Notes: a model not told the origin generated them from the sequence alone. A stretch of DNA of 20,000 bases from an uncultured virus (IMG/VR IMGVR_UViG_3300020349_000009) (IMGVR_UViG_3300020349_000009); one strand, 5' to 3'; positions 10,001 to 17,330 are shown, numbered from the stretch's first letter. Numbers and translations: made by a program.

Positions 10001-13000
10001 TCTTACAATGCCATTCGGCCCTTTTGCTGGAGAAATGTTAGACATAGCTAGAGGCAGACCTGCCGAAGTGCTTGGAAACAAAGTCCCTCTTGTTGGATTA
10101 GGTACAACTCTTTTTGGTCAGGACGCAATGCGTAAGTACCGTAAGACTTTAAAAAATATTGATAAAGGTATTTCTGACAAGTACGTTCCTGACTTTGAAT
10201 ATAACGTAGGCAAAGAAATGTTTTCTAAAGGTGGCGAAGTTGAAATAGCTAGAGCAGCTTCAGAGCCTGATGAAAGAATGAATAAAGTAACAGGCGTACC
10301 TTACAACGTAGAAGCTGGCACAGCCTTTATGGACGAGCTTGATGAAGGAAGAACCGAGCGCTTTGGTTTTAATATAGGCGGTAAGATAGGTCAAAAATTA
10401 TCTTCTAAATTGGCTGAAGAAATAAATGTGCATACAGAAGGCTTGTTTAATTCTAAAGCTATTAATAATGTAGCGGACGACATTAATGAAACTGTTACTC
10501 TTGGAGGAAACCTTAAAGGCATACAAGACGCACCAGCTACTACAGACGACTTTGATACTTTAAGTTTACAAAGTATGTTTACTGACGAATACGATTTTGA
10601 CGAATATGTAGACGTTGTAACTAAATCAGTTCTTGAAGGAAATGTGTCGTCTAATGAACTGCTTACAGAACTTGCAGAAGAAATAGATCCAAATTACGAA
10701 ATGTTTGGAGCAATTAATGCGTCCCTTGAAAATTTAAAAATTAAAAAAGATAACTTGCTTCGGCCTGAGTTTAAAGATTTAAATTTAGGAGAAGAAGAAG
10801 AGTTAATTGAGCCTCTTACTAAATTTGTAAGTAAGCATATTAGCAAGATGTACTCTAATACTTTAAGTAAAGAAGGCGCAGAAAAAGCAGCTAAGCAGCA
10901 CATAGCTAATTTAATAGTTAAAGCTGACGCAGATGATGAGATGGCTGGGTTTATAAAAGAAACTGCGGAAATAACTCCAATAGATAGAAATAGTGATGTT
11001 GCAATTGCAGCTAATAAAAATTTAAATGTTTCTAAAGAAGAATTTATTGCTGACTCAGAAGTCACAGTCCCAGTATTTAGAGGTGTGTCTAGTTTTAATA
11101 ATCATAACTACGATATTGCGTATGCCTTTCCACGAGAAATGGGAGTCCATTACGGCAATCAAGGTCAAGCAAACTACCAAGCTTTAAAAGAAATTAATTT
11201 TGATAGTGCCGTAGATAATTTTGCTTTGGCTGCAACAGGCAGGCAGAGAGTAAGTAAAAAAGCAATGTTTGATACGTTTAGAAAAGAAATGGAAAAAAAT
11301 AAAAACTTAACTAATCAAGGTTTTGAAGAAGATGTTCCTCCTGTAACTATATTAAAAGGTTATTTAAATATTAAAAATCCTTTGTTTATAAACTCGGATA
11401 TGGGATCTTGGAGCGTAGACAATCTTTTAACTAAAGACTATGACTTAGTAGAAAATGCGATAGAAGATGAACTTGGTAGAGAACTTAATGATATTGAAAT
11501 AAATTTAATAGATGAAATGTCTTTTAGAGCTGTTGCTCTTGAATCTAAATTTATTCTTGAAGCTTCAGAAGATGCAAACAGTGGAGGAACAAACAAGGTT
11601 CAAAACGAAATTGCAATGCTTCTTGATCATGCAAGACTAACAAAAGATTTTCAAAGTTTCTTAAAAGGTTTAGGTTTTGATGGCATTAAATACAAAAATC
11701 AAGTAGAGCCACCGTTCCAAGGCGAAGAGTTTTATTCATATATTGCTTTTGACCCACAGCAGTTTAAAAATGCAAGCGCTGCTAAGTTTGATTTAAATGA
11801 TCCTAGAGATATGTACTCTGAAGGCGGATCAGTTATAGCTAGGAAGCTTGGTATTCCTGACGAAGCTTTGTCGTGGGCTAGAAGCCAACGAGATAGGTTT
11901 CCAAAGAGCGAAAGCTATGACGGAATCGGAGATGCGGCAGCTCATTTAGCTCTTGGTTTTATAACTAAAAATGCTAAATATCCTAAAGCTGCTTTGTTTG
12001 CAGCAAACGCTAGGGAGTTTGTAACTCTTGATCATGTTGGCGGCAAGATGGATATTCATAACAATAAACTAGGTTCTCAAATAAAGGCTAGGGATTTTAA
12101 ACAAGCAGAGCAGGTCATTGATAAATTAATAGCAGACCGAAAAGCTGTATTTATGACTCCATCTGAAAGTAAAGCAAGACGAGGCTACAGTGAAGGAGGC
12201 CAAACTTCATATACAGTTGAGTCTGGAGATACTTTAACATCTATAGCTAGGGATGCTGGCACAACAATAGAAGCTATAATGGGCGTTAATGATATTAAAG
12301 ATGCTAATTTAATTTATGTAGATCAAAAGATTGTATTGCCTACAGAAAAAACATTTGAAGAAAATAAAGTAGTTAGTTCTCTTTCTTCAATGCGTGAAAA
12401 ACAAGGAAGAAACAATAAGGCAGGAAAGGCGCTTAATAGACTCCGTAAACTTCGTCAAGATTCAGGCATATCGTCAGATACTTTAAAGGCTTTAAAAAAC
12501 ATTAAAGAAAGATTAGTGCCTAAAGAAAAAGAGCCTGAAGAAAAAAGTTTTATTGCAAGCATACGGCAGGCCGCAAACAATCAAGTGGTTAGGAACTTTG
12601 CAGATTTCTTTAATCCGTTTCAAGGAGACAAGACAGAAGCAGACTACAACCCAAGTGTAATTGAAGCGTTGCGTTTTGCAGCAAAGAGCGCTTTAAACAA
12701 AGGTAAATTTAATATTGACTACAGTGATTACAATTTACAAGAGTCTAATGTTAGAGGTCAAGTAGCTTATCCAGAGCAAAGAGAACGAGACAATCTGCAA
12801 GCTCGTATGATTCGAGGCGACATTACGCCTACAGAAGAAGCGGCTTTTTCAGTAGGTGGCGCTCAGCTTGCTGTTGAAGACGGCAAAGTATACGTTACAG
12901 ATGTCTATAACTTTAATAACATAGGCGAGCGTATATCTACAGCACTGCCTGACAACTACACTAAACTTAGGACTCTTATGGGTAAGATTAAAATACCTAC

Positions 13001-14723
13001 TAATGACTATAAGAGCAAAATATATGTAGGAGAATTAGATGAGCTTCAAGACAACAGCAGATCTAAAGTAAACATAGGCGGCAAGATTGCTGCAAAATTA
13101 GCTCCTCGTATGGCAGAAGGTTTTTATAGCCCTTTAGAAAAAGCAGCATTGAATCTTACTCGTGAAAAAGGTACGGGTAATTCGTTCCTGCAAGATTTAA
13201 AAAAAGGCGACAAGGGCAGAGTAACTGACGAAGAATTACTTTTTACAGGCGTACAAAACAAACTGAAAGGTTTGCCTAGTACAACAAAAGAAGAAGTTCA
13301 AAAAGTTGTTTCCGATAATAAAATTGAGTTAGATACTCTTAGAGGTAAAAGAGGATTGACGCTAGAAGAACAAGGTTTTGATGAGCTTTCTTTTAACGAA
13401 GCTGTTGAAGAACATGGTCTGTATGCTTTTGATGATAATTTTGTCCGTAGCACTTTAACTCCAGCACTGTTAAGAAAAGTTGAAGCTGGTATAATAGATC
13501 CTAATGATCCTAAATATGTTGAGCCATTAAAAAAAATGTATTTAGCTAAGATGACTAGAGTAGCTAAAAAAGACATAGGCGAAAAATCAGGGGGCAAGTA
13601 TGCCTTTGCGGCTGAGTTTTCAGATTATACACTAGCTAGTCAAGCTGGCTATGAGCCTTCTAATTACAGAGTTATTGCACTGCGTACTCCAAAAGACACA
13701 GGCAACCCTATGTTAGATAATATTTCTCATGCAGAACCCGAGCATTTTGGCGCTGTTCTTGAAAACACTAATGAGTCAATTGATAATATCATAGCGCATA
13801 TTAGGGTTACTGACGGTTTAAGTGGCGACAATTTTAATAAGACAACTATGTTAATAGAGGAGATACAATCTGATTATCATAAGCAAGGCGGCAAACACGG
13901 GTATACTAAAATAGATAAGCCCCTTCCTTATAATAAAGAAGAAAAAGAAAAAATTTTTATGACAGAATCAATGAAATTTTACGATGGTTATTTAAAAGAA
14001 GTAAAAAAATACTATGATGACTTTGAAGAAGCAGACAAATTAGCTGAAGAATTTTCTGATGACGCTGCTGTTATAATACAAAATTTATTAGATGCTAAAG
14101 TACCTGCAAAAGAAATTAAAATGTTTTCTGATAAATTTCTTGAAGTTAAAAATAAAGAATTAAAACTCCAACAAGAATATGTCAAGGCAGTAACGGAGAA
14201 AAAACCATTAGCGGTTGCAACGGAATTTCAAGCAGAAATATATTCTTTAAACAAAAAATTTATAAAGGATTTAAATGAAGTAAGTCCAGAAGTACATAAT
14301 ATTTATTTAGACTATGAAGATGTTGCTGTTCGAGAGTCTTTAGATGCTGTTGTTGATGCTCCGTTTAAAAATAGCTGGCCTCGATTAACCCTAAGCAAAG
14401 CTCTTATTGAAGCTGTTGAACATGGAAACAAACGAATTGCTTTAACTACAGGCAAGTCTCAAGCTGAAAGATATATAGATGAAATGGGGAATAAACAAGT
14501 AGGCTTAGGTGAAAAGTATGATACTAAGTTCTTAAAGCAGTTCAAGAAGCTTGGCAGTAAATACAATTCAAAAGTAAATGTAGAAGAAGTTGGCGTTGCT
14601 ATAGACGGCAATGAAGTATTAGCAACTGAGCCTATGTATGTTATGGATATAACGCCAGAGCTAGAAAATGCTGTGCGGCAAGGGTTACGGATGTTTTATG
14701 AAGGAGGTTTGATTGATGCCTAA
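7026..14723 (+). CDS. Giant internal virion/polyvalent protein: helical core (gp16-like position) + ART-like, DUF6973-like, LysM and EEIQSD modules
   Basis: 2565-aa uninterrupted ORF with GGAG RBS; N-terminal ~1060 aa helical with Gly/Ala-rich membrane-like segments and an 'ENYIPRMW' motif; C-terminal half has recognisable domain signatures (listed separately). Confidence 0.8.
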   Translation: MVDSLAQRTLDLYAQREAGGEITPEDTLIQTQEEANNIQRLLKQPRDVTAFDQDPEVLKDFETVTDYFGNNQTFMSGLLDPASMFNDRPSEAMRDEFRISTLANRAMDMKDATPEVKEAYNRLREKWEGADIQGFDEWAGFVKDYGIDLIANFETIPMIAAAFYSGGTAPAAANATVRKALHSSLKKGATAASNNPFKFGAAYGGTFSGAADIAAQNLNMNLDNQEEFSYGQNALSTGLGAVLGGGINWGLSKVISKAATRRAERATDNNSVPLSQSRGLELFDEGIEGEWIPASGDEILDGVDQLLAGNRFAREVDLDDIDLGDFDEILDDFVADVGGGQATRDQLDEVVLGELKSGATGEVIKNNIAFALWKTSTELIGTMFGGKSSGILTSYVPYSKTAETLRQRLSFDFGIKATQKQDEVVGMDFAEVARRYTGIFRERYREALAPVGLDSVNGSIEDSVSGALNRAIRGQMSPDMTINTAAKNIQNMFKQIGEELHAAGVIDEKVENYIPRMWNGKAIKNNRDEFERLLVEEGEADSLIEARRIVDEMLDIKNQLDGGTTGHFFSSKRKFTDIKNEAKFTEFLEDDLLSVIETYNFQAGKSLAKVKVFKARNEEEFKEQWLNPIVAEMQKAGRTLSPADRKRIVNLYRLTTGENVERFGNSLQTGVDGYQLATRLAMLPLATVGSVTEILINLGKGGVLNTAKGFKEASEVAYKTITNDLHSELKNRHGLTTNEVWRELQSFGKAMDQSVGQIGNRLAGDDLIHEGMQEVSNKFFRLNLLDQWTKFVQISSYATGKNLIEDNLRAIAAHGSKARTGKIDSMLGELNELGIDYKAGVNWINSGAKKSDDYYKEFTRGASRYVDGVILQPTAMSNLKPTLYSNPKTTILFQLLGYPAAFTNTVLKGAAKSVMKDPKRNGAKVMGAALSMTAAARFMNWVRSRGESEAWHIDESEKNLRAIARWGGNGLFLDTFSRSKKEALYGQNPAGYLTMPFGPFAGEMLDIARGRPAEVLGNKVPLVGLGTTLFGQDAMRKYRKTLKNIDKGISDKYVPDFEYNVGKEMFSKGGEVEIARAASEPDERMNKVTGVPYNVEAGTAFMDELDEGRTERFGFNIGGKIGQKLSSKLAEEINVHTEGLFNSKAINNVADDINETVTLGGNLKGIQDAPATTDDFDTLSLQSMFTDEYDFDEYVDVVTKSVLEGNVSSNELLTELAEEIDPNYEMFGAINASLENLKIKKDNLLRPEFKDLNLGEEEELIEPLTKFVSKHISKMYSNTLSKEGAEKAAKQHIANLIVKADADDEMAGFIKETAEITPIDRNSDVAIAANKNLNVSKEEFIADSEVTVPVFRGVSSFNNHNYDIAYAFPREMGVHYGNQGQANYQALKEINFDSAVDNFALAATGRQRVSKKAMFDTFRKEMEKNKNLTNQGFEEDVPPVTILKGYLNIKNPLFINSDMGSWSVDNLLTKDYDLVENAIEDELGRELNDIEINLIDEMSFRAVALESKFILEASEDANSGGTNKVQNEIAMLLDHARLTKDFQSFLKGLGFDGIKYKNQVEPPFQGEEFYSYIAFDPQQFKNASAAKFDLNDPRDMYSEGGSVIARKLGIPDEALSWARSQRDRFPKSESYDGIGDAAAHLALGFITKNAKYPKAALFAANAREFVTLDHVGGKMDIHNNKLGSQIKARDFKQAEQVIDKLIADRKAVFMTPSESKARRGYSEGGQTSYTVESGDTLTSIARDAGTTIEAIMGVNDIKDANLIYVDQKIVLPTEKTFEENKVVSSLSSMREKQGRNNKAGKALNRLRKLRQDSGISSDTLKALKNIKERLVPKEKEPEEKSFIASIRQAANNQVVRNFADFFNPFQGDKTEADYNPSVIEALRFAAKSALNKGKFNIDYSDYNLQESNVRGQVAYPEQRERDNLQARMIRGDITPTEEAAFSVGGAQLAVEDGKVYVTDVYNFNNIGERISTALPDNYTKLRTLMGKIKIPTNDYKSKIYVGELDELQDNSRSKVNIGGKIAAKLAPRMAEGFYSPLEKAALNLTREKGTGNSFLQDLKKGDKGRVTDEELLFTGVQNKLKGLPSTTKEEVQKVVSDNKIELDTLRGKRGLTLEEQGFDELSFNEAVEEHGLYAFDDNFVRSTLTPALLRKVEAGIIDPNDPKYVEPLKKMYLAKMTRVAKKDIGEKSGGKYAFAAEFSDYTLASQAGYEPSNYRVIALRTPKDTGNPMLDNISHAEPEHFGAVLENTNESIDNIIAHIRVTDGLSGDNFNKTTMLIEEIQSDYHKQGGKHGYTKIDKPLPYNKEEKEKIFMTESMKFYDGYLKEVKKYYDDFEEADKLAEEFSDDAAVIIQNLLDAKVPAKEIKMFSDKFLEVKNKELKLQQEYVKAVTEKKPLAVATEFQAEIYSLNKKFIKDLNEVSPEVHNIYLDYEDVAVRESLDAVVDAPFKNSWPRLTLSKALIEAVEHGNKRIALTTGKSQAERYIDEMGNKQVGLGEKYDTKFLKQFKKLGSKYNSKVNVEEVGVAIDGNEVLATEPMYVMDITPELENAVRQGLRMFYEGGLIDA
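11040..11804 (+). other. ADP-ribosyltransferase-like domain (ART-PolyVal type) within the giant protein
   Basis: Ordered motifs PVFRG, MGVHYG, GYLNIKNPL, GFDGIKYKN, YIAFDPQQFK...FDLNDP match the ART domain pattern of phage polyvalent proteins (YHGT...G.yF...YL...nP...GyDG...vF.p.QIK...FD). Boundaries approximate. Confidence 0.7.
11835..12176 (+). other. DUF6973-like helical domain within the giant protein
   Basis: DGIGDAAAH...ANARE...MDIHNNKLG resembles the DAxRH...HE...MDLHNNxxG signature. Confidence 0.55.
12210..12341 (+). other. LysM peptidoglycan-binding domain within the giant protein
   Basis: YTVESGDTLTSIARDAGTTIEAIMGVNDIKDANLIYVDQKIVLP is a canonical 44-aa LysM consensus match. Confidence 0.95.
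13089..14684 (+). other. C-terminal 'FYSxLE...EEIQSD...APF' module of unknown, possibly enzymatic, function
   Basis: Motifs GFYSPLE, NYR, HF, AHIR, LIEEIQSD (EEIQSD at 13857-13874), DAPFK, QAERY; a pattern I recall from large phage virion/polyvalent proteins, family name not certain. Confidence 0.55.
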
Positions 14724-15066
14724 GTTTAAATATTTTAGCATAGACGAGTTTAATTGTCAAGAGACAGGAGAAAATAATATAAGTGAAGAGTTTATACACA
14801 GGCTTGACGAGCTTAGGGAGGCGTGTGGGTTTTCGTTCACTGTTACTTCTGGCTATCGTAGTCCTAATCATAGCATTGAAAAGCGCAAGTCTAAAGCAGG
14901 CACTCATGCTCAAGGCATTGCCGCAGACATCAGAGTCTCTGGCGGTGGTCAGCGAAGAACAATAATTGAAGAGGCTTTGAAGCTAGGCTTTAATGGTATA
15001 GGAGTAGCTAAGTCTTTTGTTCATGTAGACATTAGAGAAACTACTCCTGTAATATGGTGCTATTAA
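14716..15066 (+). CDS. Peptidase M15 (D-Ala-D-Ala carboxypeptidase-like) zinc peptidase, probable endolysin
   Basis: SGYRS, HxxGxAxD (HAQGIAAD) and FVHVD motifs; AAGGAGG RBS at 14701-14707 favours ATG 14716 over TTG 14713; adjacent to a holin-like gene. Confidence 0.9.
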   Translation: MPKFKYFSIDEFNCQETGENNISEEFIHRLDELREACGFSFTVTSGYRSPNHSIEKRKSKAGTHAQGIAADIRVSGGGQRRTIIEEALKLGFNGIGVAKSFVHVDIRETTPVIWCY

Positions 15067-15067
15067 T

Positions 15068-15445
15068 ATGTTTAATTTTACATCACTGATTGCTCCAGTT
15101 GCAAACTTAGTAGGTTCGCATTTAAATAACAAGAAAGAAGAAAAGCAAGCTAAGCACAAAGCTAAACTAGCTGTCATAGAAAACAACGCTGATTGGGAAT
15201 CTAAGATGGCTGATGCGTCTGCTAACTCTTGGAAGGACGAGTTCTGGACTATTGTGCTTTCTGTGCCTATCTTTATGATTGGCTATGCAATAGCGGCTAA
15301 TGACGTTGCTGTAATCGAAAGAGTTACTTTAGCTTTTGCAGCTTTAAATGACTTGCCTGAATGGTATCAGTATCTTTTATTCATAGCTATCTCTAGTAGC
15401 TTTGGAATAAGAGGCGCTAAAAGTTTAATGAATATGAGGAAATAA
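15068..15445 (+). CDS. Holin-like membrane protein (3-TM GTA-holin-like, 'SWKDE' type)
   Basis: 125 aa; N-terminal amphipathic helix, SWKDEFWTIVLSVPIFMIGY and LPEWYQYLLFIAISSSFGIR hydrophobic segments, basic C-terminus; 1 nt after the endolysin stop. Confidence 0.7.
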   Translation: MFNFTSLIAPVANLVGSHLNNKKEEKQAKHKAKLAVIENNADWESKMADASANSWKDEFWTIVLSVPIFMIGYAIAANDVAVIERVTLAFAALNDLPEWYQYLLFIAISSSFGIRGAKSLMNMRK

Positions 15446-15448
15446 TAT

Positions 15449-15763
15449 ATGGATATGGAAAATGTTCCTATGGTTAGATTAACTTGGGAAGATGCTCAAG
15501 ACTCTGATGGAGCTTGGACAGACATTGAAGATATTTTAAAACACGAATGCGCTATATGCCAAGAAGTTGGTTGGCTTGTATATAACAGCGATGATAAAGT
15601 AATAGTAATGAGATCTAGGATAGTAGCTGAAGAGCTAGAAGAAGGTGGAGCTTTTGTAACTATCCCTAAGACTTGGGTAATGAAAATAGAAGAGTTGACA
15701 GTAAATGAAGAGACTAATAGCATTAGTAATTTTAGTTCTTATAAGTCCGTACACGCACAGTAG
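15449..15763 (+). CDS. Conserved phage hypothetical protein (small beta-rich domain, possibly Sm/SH3-like)
   Basis: 104 aa; GAGG RBS; VRLTWEDA...W...CQEVGWLV...TIPKTWV pattern. Confidence 0.65.
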   Translation: MDMENVPMVRLTWEDAQDSDGAWTDIEDILKHECAICQEVGWLVYNSDDKVIVMRSRIVAEELEEGGAFVTIPKTWVMKIEELTVNEETNSISNFSSYKSVHAQ

Positions 15764-16274
15764 TGGCAGTGAAGCAACTGTAGGGGACTTTGGAACTAAT
15801 CAACAAGCAGAAACTATTACAACCACAACCGAAACTACAGTGAACCAAGAAGGTATGCCTGTCACTACAGCAGTAGCGCCAGCAACTCCGACATATCAAG
15901 CAGATACCTGTATTGTTACGTCAGGTTCAGGCGTACAAACTTTGCAAATAGGAATTAGTACGTCTAAGATGAAAGTTGATGAGAACTGCGAGCGTTTAAA
16001 ATTAAGTCGTCAGCTTTCACAATTAGGTTTAAAAGTAGCCGCCACGAGTGTTCTTTGTCAGGACAATCGAGTATGGTGGGCTATGAGAAACGCCCAAACG
16101 CCCTGCCCCATCAAAGGAAAAATAGGAGATGAAGCCCTTGAATACTATATCCAAAACCCTGAGTACGTCCCTGATCGCCCTGTCGTTATCAAGTCTGACA
16201 AGTGCGGGGGAGAACGACTTCGATATGACCCAATTAAGCGAAAGCACATCCGTAATAACGACTGTAATAAATAG
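15705..16274 (+). CDS. Exported cysteine-containing protein of unknown function
   Basis: 189 aa; signal-peptide-like MKRLIALVILVLISPYTHS; Thr-rich linker; six Cys including DENCERLKLS, LCQDNRV and TPCP. Confidence 0.75.
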   Translation: MKRLIALVILVLISPYTHSSGSEATVGDFGTNQQAETITTTTETTVNQEGMPVTTAVAPATPTYQADTCIVTSGSGVQTLQIGISTSKMKVDENCERLKLSRQLSQLGLKVAATSVLCQDNRVWWAMRNAQTPCPIKGKIGDEALEYYIQNPEYVPDRPVVIKSDKCGGERLRYDPIKRKHIRNNDCNK

Positions 16275-16950
16275 TAACATGCAAGAGTATATTCAGTGGA
16301 CTACACAGTCTATGCTGGATGGTAATACAATTATCTATAACAACGATGATGGTACACAATATGAGCTAACACCAGAACAGATGAACACATTTAACCAAGC
16401 TTATGCTGACGGTTTAGCGAACAGCACACCAGAGGCTCTAACAGCCGTTCTACTGAACGATATGATTGACGTAGAGCAGGGTACATATGAGGAGGAGAAA
16501 GGAGATCTGATTGAAGCTGCAAGCGAGATAGCGGCTGTTACAAGTATAGCTGAGATGATTGTTGATGGTGATCAGCAGACTAAGATTAATGCAGAAGCGT
16601 ATGCAACTGAGAATGATTTACGGGCTATTAAAGAGTCTAGTCGTCAGCAGTTCAACACCAGCATTGACGGTATGCTTGAGGCCAGTATGACTAAGAACAT
16701 GATCGAGGGATATGCTCAAGACTCATTTGTTATAGATACTATAGCCGCCTCATTTATGAACACAGGTACAGTCATGGACTTCTTTACTAACACTTCAGTT
16801 TCTATAGATTCCTTGATACCAAGCCAGCTTAATCTTCAGTGGATGGAGAGTAGTGTAGGTGTCGAGAGTGCCATGTACTTGATGTACAACAACAACCCAA
16901 TGTACCCAGAAATGCAAACTAAACCATTACCAATAGGAGAACAACCATGA
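16129..16950 (+). CDS. Exported acidic helical protein of unknown function
   Basis: 273 aa; AAGGA at 16114-16118; signal-peptide-like MKPLNTISKTLSTSLIALSLSSLTSA; stop overlaps the next start (ATGA). Start site less certain because of the 146-nt overlap. Confidence 0.7.
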   Translation: MKPLNTISKTLSTSLIALSLSSLTSAGENDFDMTQLSESTSVITTVINSNMQEYIQWTTQSMLDGNTIIYNNDDGTQYELTPEQMNTFNQAYADGLANSTPEALTAVLLNDMIDVEQGTYEEEKGDLIEAASEIAAVTSIAEMIVDGDQQTKINAEAYATENDLRAIKESSRQQFNTSIDGMLEASMTKNMIEGYAQDSFVIDTIAASFMNTGTVMDFFTNTSVSIDSLIPSQLNLQWMESSVGVESAMYLMYNNNPMYPEMQTKPLPIGEQP

Positions 16951-17330
16951 AACCACAAGACGTAGCCTTATGGATAGGTATAGCAAGTTCAATAGGCGGT
17001 GCGGCAGTTGGCTATGGAACACTAACTGAGAAGGTATCTACATTAGAAGCTAGTACAGATGCCACTCATCTTGAAGCAAGATTAACTAAACTAGAAACGA
17101 GGATAGAAGATAATGATATATCACACATTGGTACAGAAATGCAAGAGCTTCGTGGACACATTGAAAACAATACCGACAAAGTTAAAAGCATTGTTGTCCC
17201 GAATACGAGCAAAATTAAATCAGATGTACGGCTCCTTCAAGAGCAAGTTAAAGACCTTAAAGTCGCAATTAAAATAACAAATGATCAAATAAAAGCTATA
17301 AATAGCAAACCAGATAATCCTCTTTTATAG
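16947..17330 (+). CDS. Membrane-anchored coiled-coil protein (N-terminal TM, C-terminal NPLL)
   Basis: 127 aa; AGGAG RBS; VALWIGIASSIGGAAVGYG followed by heptad-rich helices. Confidence 0.75.
   Translation: MKPQDVALWIGIASSIGGAAVGYGTLTEKVSTLEASTDATHLEARLTKLETRIEDNDISHIGTEMQELRGHIENNTDKVKSIVVPNTSKIKSDVRLLQEQVKDLKVAIKITNDQIKAINSKPDNPLL

Noticed and set aside
12846..12860. FSVGG as another GG motif copy
   Set aside because: Preceded by acidic residues (EEAA) and appears to be inside a folded domain; not counted.
14700..14708. Terminal EGG explained solely by the AAGGAGG Shine-Dalgarno of the endolysin gene
   Set aside because: The codons do double as the RBS, which weakens this one copy, but the flanking F at -3 and I at +2 also fit the motif and five other copies have no downstream gene start.
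601..16280. Numerous short - strand ORFs in the track (e.g. 601-924, 1742-2077, 10694-11065, 13298-13597, 16029-16280)
   Set aside because: All are antisense to long, well-supported + strand genes, have Ser/Leu/Phe-rich shadow composition and no recognisable motifs.
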